Assembly: GCA_964550245.1 (NCBI GenBank)
Contig: CAZJYM010000002.1
Location: 8,465 to 41,990, forward strand
DNA: 33,526 nt
Direction of reading: 5' to 3'
Origin: an uncultured Blautia sp.
GTDB lineage: Bacteria > Bacillota > Clostridia > Lachnospirales > Lachnospiraceae
Shown here: positions 21,008 through 27,374 of the stretch, in pieces
Layout of the letters: each line of letters begins with the position of its first letter
How positions within the stretch are numbered: the first letter of the stretch is position 1
The notes under the pieces: generated by a model
What the model saw: only the letters and a program-made list of their open reading frames with translations
Databases searched by the model: none
What the model was told of the DNA's origin: nothing
Made by a program: the position numbers and the translations under genes

Positions 21008-22652
21008 GATCTTCCTCCGCTGGAATCCTGATAAAGATCTGTGTTCCTTCCCCCAGGGTGCTTGAAATCTGGAAATAGGCCTGATCCCCGTAGATCATGG
21101 CAATTCTCCTTCTGCAGTTCCAGATCCCGATGTGCTTGCCGGTGCTGTTCTCCAGAATCTTTCCCTCCCGGAGGATTTCCAGCGTCTCCGGGGGCATTCC
21201 TACCCCGGTATCGCATACAGACAGGAAGAGCTGGTCATCCTCCCGGCGGACATTCACATAGATGTCAATGCTCCCGTCCATGTTTAAGGCATACTTGATG
21301 CAGTTCTCCACGAAATTCAAAATCAAAAGAGAAGGAATCTGCAGGGAAAACAGATCCTCCTCCACATTCTCCAGAAAGTGAAACTTATCAGGAAAACGGA
21401 TCTTCTGAATCTCAATGTAGTTCTCCACGCACTTCAGCTCATCCCCCAGCGCCACCTTGTCCCGGTCCTGCCAGAGCGAAAACCTCAGGTAGTTTGCCAG
21501 ATGCTTGGTAAAAACCCGGATCACAGCCATGTTTTCGGGCTTTCCGCTGCGGGCAAGACTGAAGATGATGTTAAGACAGTTCAAGATGAAATGGGGATTC
21601 ACCTGAAGTCTGAGGTTTACCGCCTCGATGTCCCGCCGTTCCAGTTCTTTCTCGTAGACCTGGATTTTCAGACTGCCGATCTGTTCGGCCATGGAATTGA
21701 AGCGGACAGCCAGCTTCTGTGTCTCCCTGTTGGGCTCCTGAACAGTAATCCGGTAATCCTGCCGGCCGTTTTCCAGCTGTTCCATTGCCTGGTTCACATC
21801 TCTCAAAGGACGCAGCAGGATCACTCTGACCAGCCAGATGATCAGGGGAACCGCCAGAAAATAGACGAGCACCAGAGTGAAGCCAAGATTCATCGTCACC
21901 GGAATTTCCCGATAAATCTGACTGGTTGCCGGGACAAGATACACATGGAAGGGCAGATCCCCCGACTGAACAGGCACCAGATCTTCTCTCTCCGTCTGCT
22001 CCTCCTCAAAAATGAGAAGTCCGGTCTCTTCGTGACGGAAGTTTTCCTCAATCTCATTCTCGACTGAATCCAGACAGATGGCAGAGCCGTAATAGTAACT
22101 GGAATTCCCCATCTGAAAGATGTGTAAAAGCCACTTCAGGCCGTCGATCTCTTTTAAGAACCATCCCCGGGAGTAATCCCCTTCCGTGACGGTCTCCCGG
22201 ATGTTGCTCTGCAGGGTGGCTTTGGTTCCATAGGGGAATTCTCCATCCGTTGCCAGAGCCAGATCCCCGCAGTCTACCTTCTGCTGATAGAAAAAGTAGG
22301 CATCGGCTTCCATAAAGCTTTTCACACGCTCATTCAGTTCCTGCCAGTACAGGTAAGTGCTGATTCCAATCTCATCCGTGCTCTCAGCCCTGCTCATCCT
22401 GGCGATGTACACGTTTGTACTGAGATCCCGGTTCATGAAATCATCGGCGGATTTCATCCTCTGGTCAAGATGGTCCAGGCAGGTCTCCACGATATCCGCA
22501 TCCGCCTCCACGGATCTGTCGATATAGGATTTTCTCACATGAGAAGCGTAAGTCAGGGAAATCACGTTCATGGGAAGAACCACGGCCGTCACAATCAAAA
22601 TCAGCTGAACGGTCACCGACATCCCCTTAATCCACTGAACCATCCTTTTCAT
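20988..22652 (-). CDS. YesM-type sensor histidine kinase
   Basis: Two TM segments, HAMP, LQVNPHFILNCL H-box, VENCIKY, DTGVG and HIGIWN ATPase motifs. Confidence 0.95.
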   Translation of the reverse strand: MKRMVQWIKGMSVTVQLILIVTAVVLPMNVISLTYASHVRKSYIDRSVEADADIVETCLDHLDQRMKSADDFMNRDLSTNVYIARMSRAESTDEIGISTYLYWQELNERVKSFMEADAYFFYQQKVDCGDLALATDGEFPYGTKATLQSNIRETVTEGDYSRGWFLKEIDGLKWLLHIFQMGNSSYYYGSAICLDSVENEIEENFRHEETGLLIFEEEQTEREDLVPVQSGDLPFHVYLVPATSQIYREIPVTMNLGFTLVLVYFLAVPLIIWLVRVILLRPLRDVNQAMEQLENGRQDYRITVQEPNRETQKLAVRFNSMAEQIGSLKIQVYEKELERRDIEAVNLRLQVNPHFILNCLNIIFSLARSGKPENMAVIRVFTKHLANYLRFSLWQDRDKVALGDELKCVENYIEIQKIRFPDKFHFLENVEEDLFSLQIPSLLILNFVENCIKYALNMDGSIDIYVNVRREDDQLFLSVCDTGVGMPPETLEILREGKILENSTGKHIGIWNCRRRIAMIYGDQAYFQISSTLGEGTQIFIRIPAEEDHDTVDR

Positions 22653-22672
22653 TGGCTTTCTTCCTTCTTTCC

Positions 22673-23743
22673 TTAATTTCCCTGTCCCTGTCTCTCCACC
22701 ACATGCACCGCTGCTTCACTTCTAAAGTTTTCCCGGATCCCCTCCGACACATGGTATTCCCCGGCTTCGTCAAGCAGGATGATCTCAAAGTCAGAGCCAT
22801 TTTCCTGCCACCAGGATTTGGCTCCCTCCAGTCCCATGATGTAAAGAGAGGTGGAGAGGGCATCCGCCAGGGTTCCGTCCTTGGAAATCACGGTGACGGA
22901 AACCAGATCTCCCTCCACCGGGTATCCGGTGCGGGGATCAATGATGTGTATGTATCTCTTCCCGTTTTCTTCAAAGTAGCGTTCATACCCGCCGGAGGTA
23001 ACCACGGCCCTGTCTTCTACGGAAACTACAGCCCCGTAGTCCTGCTGCCCTCCGGATGGATCCCGGATGCCGATGTTCCAGGGGGATCCGTCCGTCTTTT
23101 TGCCCAGGGTCTGGATGTTTCCTCCCAAAGAGACCATGCCGGAGGTAACCCCGTACTCCCGAAAGCATTCCATCACTCTGGCAGATGTGTATCCCTTGGC
23201 GATGCCTCCAAAGTCCACCTGCTGCCCCGGTCCCAGTTTTACCAGGTTTTCTTCATCTATTTCTACCCGGGAGGCATCCACCAGCTTTAATGTCTCCTGA
23301 ATCTCCTCCTCATCCGGTACCCGGTATTCTTTGGTGGGGAATCCCCAGAGCTTCATCACCGGATAGATGGTAAAGTCAAAGAGTCCCCCCGTCTTTTCAT
23401 GGAGATCCAGTCCCGTTCTTATTATGGAAGCCGTATCCTCCGACACTGTCAGGCTTCCCGTTTCATTTAACCTGGCAACCTCACCGGAGGAACTTCCCGG
23501 AGACCAGAGCTCATCCAGTCTCTTTACTTCCTCCATGGCTGCATCCACGGCCTTTTCTGCGTTTTCCCCGTAAGCTGTAAACTCCATAAAGGTATCCATG
23601 GCAAAGAGCTGCTTTTTACACACCTCTTCCTCTGCGGTCGCATCATTCCCCATGTGTAAAAGTCCGCTTTCCTGTAAAATGCAGCCTCCCACCAGTATTA
23701 TAACCGCCGCTGCCAGGATGCCCAGTAGTACTTTTCTGCTCAT
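22673..23743 (-). CDS. apbE: FAD:protein FMN transferase
   Basis: FAMDT, LFDFTIYP, DFGGIAKGY, SLGGNI, VTSGGYERY, HIIDPRTGYP, ADALST. Start MSRKV at 23743 with an N-terminal anchor. Confidence 0.95.
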   Translation of the reverse strand: MSRKVLLGILAAAVIILVGGCILQESGLLHMGNDATAEEEVCKKQLFAMDTFMEFTAYGENAEKAVDAAMEEVKRLDELWSPGSSSGEVARLNETGSLTVSEDTASIIRTGLDLHEKTGGLFDFTIYPVMKLWGFPTKEYRVPDEEEIQETLKLVDASRVEIDEENLVKLGPGQQVDFGGIAKGYTSARVMECFREYGVTSGMVSLGGNIQTLGKKTDGSPWNIGIRDPSGGQQDYGAVVSVEDRAVVTSGGYERYFEENGKRYIHIIDPRTGYPVEGDLVSVTVISKDGTLADALSTSLYIMGLEGAKSWWQENGSDFEIILLDEAGEYHVSEGIRENFRSEAAVHVVERQGQGN

Positions 23744-23769
23744 AGCGCCTCTTTTCTCCTGCTGCACCA

Positions 23770-23798
23770 ATCATAACATTCATCCACCCCGCCTGCAA
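23770..23798 (-). promoter_or_regulatory. Putative apbE promoter
   Basis: TTGCAG-17 bp-TATGAT with TGn. Confidence 0.6.
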
Positions 23799-23894
23799 CG
23801 TGAATTTCCCCCCAACAGTAAAATAAGTCCCCCCGGAGGGGGGACCGACAATATGCAAATCTGACTCTTTCCGGGAAACTTATATCCAAACCCC

Positions 23895-23923
23895 TTGAAA
23901 TTTCCCTCCCGGTATGCTATAAA
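23895..23923 (+). promoter_or_regulatory. Putative MATE promoter
   Basis: TTGAAA-17 bp-TATAAA with TGn. Confidence 0.6.
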
Positions 23924-23966
23924 CTTAAAAGTTTTCCCCCAAAGCCGGGAGAAGGAAAGGATCTTT

Positions 23967-25355
23967 ATGGAACGACTGAAAAGCAAGTTTGTGGGAGACA
24001 GAAAGTTTTACAGGATGGTGCTCTCCATCGCCCTGCCCATCATGATTCAAAACGGCATCACCAACTTTGTGTCCCTCCTGGACAACATCATGGTGGGACA
24101 GCTGGGCACCGAACAGATGTCGGGAGTGGCCATTGTCAATCAGCTGATCTTCGTGTACAACCTCTGCCTGTTTGGAGGCATGTCCGGGGCCGGCATCTTT
24201 ACGGCCCAGTATTTCGGCCAGCAGGACAACGAGGGAATCCGCCACACCTTCCGCTACAAGCTGTGGCTGGGTCTGATTCTAACCGTGGGTGCCCTGGCTT
24301 TGTTCGGGTTTTGGGGGAAGGATCTGATCTCTTTGTACCTCAGAGGCAGCAGCGACGGCGGGGATCTCTCCGTCACCCTGCGCTTCGGCATGGACTATCT
24401 GAAGGTGATGATGGTGGGACTTCCCGTATTCATGATCACCCAGGTCTACGTGAGCACCCTGCGGGAATGCGCCGAGACCCTGGTTCCCATGACGGCCGGT
24501 GTGACCGCTGTCCTGGTAAACCTGGTGTTCAACTATCTGTTGATCTACGGAAAAATGGGGTTTCCCGCCCTGGGTGTGGAAGGAGCGGCCATGGCCACCG
24601 TTCTCTCCCGGTTTGTCGAAGCCGGGGTAGTAATCTTCTGGACCCACCGGCATAAGGAGAAAAATCCCTACATTGTCCACATTTACAGAAGTCTCCATGT
24701 TCCCGGATACCTGGTAAAGAAGATCCTCATCAAGGGAACACCCCTTCTCCTCAATGAGACCTTATGGGCCTCCGCCATGGCCACCCTGACTCAGTGCTAT
24801 TCCGTTCGGGGGCTGAGCGTAGTGGCCGGCATGAACATCGCCAACACCATCAGCAACCTCTTTAACATCGTATTCATCGCCATGGGGGATTCCCTGGCCA
24901 TCATTGTGGGGCAGCTTCTGGGAGCCGGAAAGATGGAGGAAGCCAGGGAAACGGATACCAAACTCATCGCCTTTTCCGTCTTTTGCAGCACTCTGACGGC
25001 CGTGATCATGTTTGTGATCGCTCCCCTCTTTCCGAAGGTCTACAATACCTCTGATCAGGTGAGAGCCCTGGCCCGGGATTTCATCCGGGTTCAGGCCGTC
25101 TTCATGCCCCAGAATGCCTTTCTTCACGCCGCCTACTTCACGTTGCGATCAGGAGGAAAGACCTTCATCACCTTCCTCTTTGACAGCGTGTTCGTGTGGA
25201 TCGTCAGCGTTCCCCTGGCCTGGATCCTGGGAAGGTATACGACTCTCAACATCGTGCTGCTTCTGGCGGTGGTACAGATGGGAGACTGGATCAAGTGCGT
25301 GGTGGGCTTCGTTCTGGTGAAAAAAGGCGTCTGGATCCAAAACATTGTCACCTAG
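23967..25355 (+). CDS. MATE family efflux transporter
   Basis: IALPIMIQN, LDNIMVGQLG, AQYFG, LGVEGAAMATVLSR, IVGQLLGAG, TLRSGG. ATG 23967 follows GGAAAGG. Confidence 0.95.
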   Translation: MERLKSKFVGDRKFYRMVLSIALPIMIQNGITNFVSLLDNIMVGQLGTEQMSGVAIVNQLIFVYNLCLFGGMSGAGIFTAQYFGQQDNEGIRHTFRYKLWLGLILTVGALALFGFWGKDLISLYLRGSSDGGDLSVTLRFGMDYLKVMMVGLPVFMITQVYVSTLRECAETLVPMTAGVTAVLVNLVFNYLLIYGKMGFPALGVEGAAMATVLSRFVEAGVVIFWTHRHKEKNPYIVHIYRSLHVPGYLVKKILIKGTPLLLNETLWASAMATLTQCYSVRGLSVVAGMNIANTISNLFNIVFIAMGDSLAIIVGQLLGAGKMEEARETDTKLIAFSVFCSTLTAVIMFVIAPLFPKVYNTSDQVRALARDFIRVQAVFMPQNAFLHAAYFTLRSGGKTFITFLFDSVFVWIVSVPLAWILGRYTTLNIVLLLAVVQMGDWIKCVVGFVLVKKGVWIQNIVT

Positions 25356-25357
25356 AC

Positions 25358-25864
25358 CTATGTAGGCCTGCCAAGAGGCGAAAACCCCTCCCGTCCAAAA
25401 AGAGTTCGAAGTTCGAAATGTTCCTGGGGAATCAGCTCATCCATCACCACCACCTGTGTGGGGCACAGTGTCAGCCGGCCCGGATAGTAGACGCCGGGAT
25501 ACATCCTTCTGACCCTCCACCCCATCTCCATCATGGTGACAAACATCTCCAGGGGATAGGCATCCACAAAGATGGAGGCCGTCACCTCCTCCCCGGGAAT
25601 GCGCCGTTTCCTGGATGAGCAGTACAGGGCCTTGGACTGGGCCAGATAGAATTCTTCCATGTTCACCTCTTCTTCGGGCTCCTTGAACTCGATCACGTTG
25701 TGGAGCCCGAAGATCTTTCCCGGATCATTGTCGATCTTTAACTTCCGATCCGTCTTGACCAGCAGCATCACCGGATCCCCGTCCTGGGTCTGTGCCTTCC
25801 GGTAGTACAGCTGCGCCTCCCGGGATCCGGGACCCGGCAAGATCTTATCCCATGAAATTCTCAT
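25358..25864 (-). CDS. Hypothetical protein resembling a Firmicutes PD-(D/E)XK-like family, apparently shortened
   Basis: AAGGAGG RBS before ATG 25864. Motifs LLVK...GKIFGLHNVIEFKEP...EEFY...YP...PGVYY...TQVVVMDEL. Confidence 0.6.
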   Translation of the reverse strand: MRISWDKILPGPGSREAQLYYRKAQTQDGDPVMLLVKTDRKLKIDNDPGKIFGLHNVIEFKEPEEEVNMEEFYLAQSKALYCSSRKRRIPGEEVTASIFVDAYPLEMFVTMMEMGWRVRRMYPGVYYPGRLTLCPTQVVVMDELIPQEHFELRTLFGREGFSPLGRPT

Positions 25865-26006
25865 ACTTTCCTCCTTGTACAGGGGTGTGGAAAAAGTTGT
25901 ATATTCTTTTGATGTTTCAGTGTTTGTGAACAGGAAACATTTTGACAGGTCTGTCCCGGTCTGTCTTTTGCTGTGGCTGAATTTTTCCGGGTAAAAGGGG
26001 AGAAAC

Positions 26007-26094
26007 ATTATACAAAGGCCGCAAAATAACCGGCAATTAACTCCGCTCATATCCTTCTGTCAAAAATCATACCATGAACCTCTGAAACTGGCAA
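26007..26094 (-). promoter_or_regulatory. Two tandem putative promoters for the 25358-25864 gene
   Basis: TTGCCA-17-TATGAT (26066-26094) and TTGCCG-18-TATAAT (26007-26036). Confidence 0.5.
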
Positions 26095-26168
26095 TACCCC
26101 TTTTTTCCGGGCAAATCCATACCCGTCTGTCTTCGTCTGTCCTTTCCTTTTCCTTAGGGATTTTTTTC

Positions 26169-26197
26169 TTGTCCCTCTCTGGCAGATGTTGTAGAAT
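26169..26197 (+). promoter_or_regulatory. Putative promoter of the CBM9-like gene
   Basis: TTGTCC-17 bp-TAGAAT. Confidence 0.55.
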
Positions 26198-26234
26198 AAA
26201 AAAATCCCCTCCCGGGCAAAGCCCGGGAGGGGAT
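26198..26234 (-). terminator. GC-rich hairpin with a U-tract on the minus strand (also a 5' hairpin of the plus transcript)
   Basis: Perfect 14-bp stem ATCCCCTCCCGGGC-aaa-GCCCGGGAGGGGAT preceded by an A run on the plus strand. Confidence 0.7.
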
Positions 26235-26312
26235 CATGGCAACTGTTTGTTTTAACTTTTTATTACAGGCATCCCAGATGAAATCCTGTATCTTCAGACA
26301 AGGAGTCAGCTT

Positions 26313-27374
26313 ATGAAAATCAAACCCCGCATTCCCATCCCCGCCGTCCCCTTTGCACCGCCGGTCTACGCCTGCCGCTTCAACCCCCGTCCCTTTACCC
26401 TGGACGGAAACCTGGAGAAGGACTTCTGGAGGGATATCCCCTTTACCGAAGCCTTTAGCGACATTGAAGGCGACATCCGTCCCCGCCCCAGGTTTTCCAC
26501 CCGCTCTAAGATGGCCTGGGATCAGAACAACCTCTATATCGGAGCCGTCCTGGAGGGGGATGAGATCTGGGCCTCCGTGACCGAACACGACGATGTGATC
26601 TTTCGGGACAATGACTTTGAGATCTTTATCGATCCGGATTCAGACACCCAGGTTTACCTGGAGTATGAGATGAATGCCTTAAACACCACCTGGGATCTTC
26701 TGCTGACCAAAGCCTACCGGGACATGGGAAAGCCGGTCAACGGCCTGGAGATCAAAGGGCTTAGAAGCGCTGTCCGCATTGACGGAACCCTGAACACTCC
26801 CGGTCCCGGGAACAAACGCTGGTCTCTGGAGGTGGTGATTCCCTTTACAACCCTCATCGAATGCAGCCGGGATGGAAAAATGCCCCGGTTGGGAGACTTC
26901 TGGCGGGTTAACTTCTCCCGGGTACAGTGGAAGGTGGACGTTCAGGATGGAATTTACCATAAGCGCCTGAATCAGGATACAGGCTCACCCCTTCCGGAGG
27001 ACAACTGGGTCTGGGCCCCCACAGGGGTGGTAAACATCCACTACCCGGAGCTGTGGGGATTTGTCTTCTTTGCAGACGAAAACGGAACCCCGGACATGTT
27101 TTCCATCCCGGAGGATGAATACCGGAAGTGGGAACTTCGCAAGCTCTACTACGCCCAGCAGATCCGAAAAGATCTCACCGGATCCTTCACGGAGGATCTG
27201 GAGGAATGCAGGCAGATCCTCCGCAAGTACAGCCCCTGTAAGGAGAACGCCCAGGTGAAAGATCTGCCCTTCTGCATCTCTGTCACCCCGCATTCCTTTG
27301 AGATCTCCACGCCTGCGGCAGATGGCGGGACCCTGTCCATCTTTGCCGACGGTCTCACCAGGACTTACTTATAA
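26313..27374 (+). CDS. Carbohydrate-binding family 9-like (DOMON-fold) protein, no signal peptide
   Basis: LDGNL, KMAWDQNNLYIGA, DNDFEIFIDPD, YLEYEMNA, WSLEVVIPF, WRVNFSRVQW, NWVWAP...HYPELWG. AAGGAG RBS. Confidence 0.85.
   Translation: MKIKPRIPIPAVPFAPPVYACRFNPRPFTLDGNLEKDFWRDIPFTEAFSDIEGDIRPRPRFSTRSKMAWDQNNLYIGAVLEGDEIWASVTEHDDVIFRDNDFEIFIDPDSDTQVYLEYEMNALNTTWDLLLTKAYRDMGKPVNGLEIKGLRSAVRIDGTLNTPGPGNKRWSLEVVIPFTTLIECSRDGKMPRLGDFWRVNFSRVQWKVDVQDGIYHKRLNQDTGSPLPEDNWVWAPTGVVNIHYPELWGFVFFADENGTPDMFSIPEDEYRKWELRKLYYAQQIRKDLTGSFTEDLEECRQILRKYSPCKENAQVKDLPFCISVTPHSFEISTPAADGGTLSIFADGLTRTYL

Noticed and set aside
11340-23800. Integrative element carrying the sugar locus
   Set aside because: No integrase, transposase, relaxase or flanking att-like repeats were seen.
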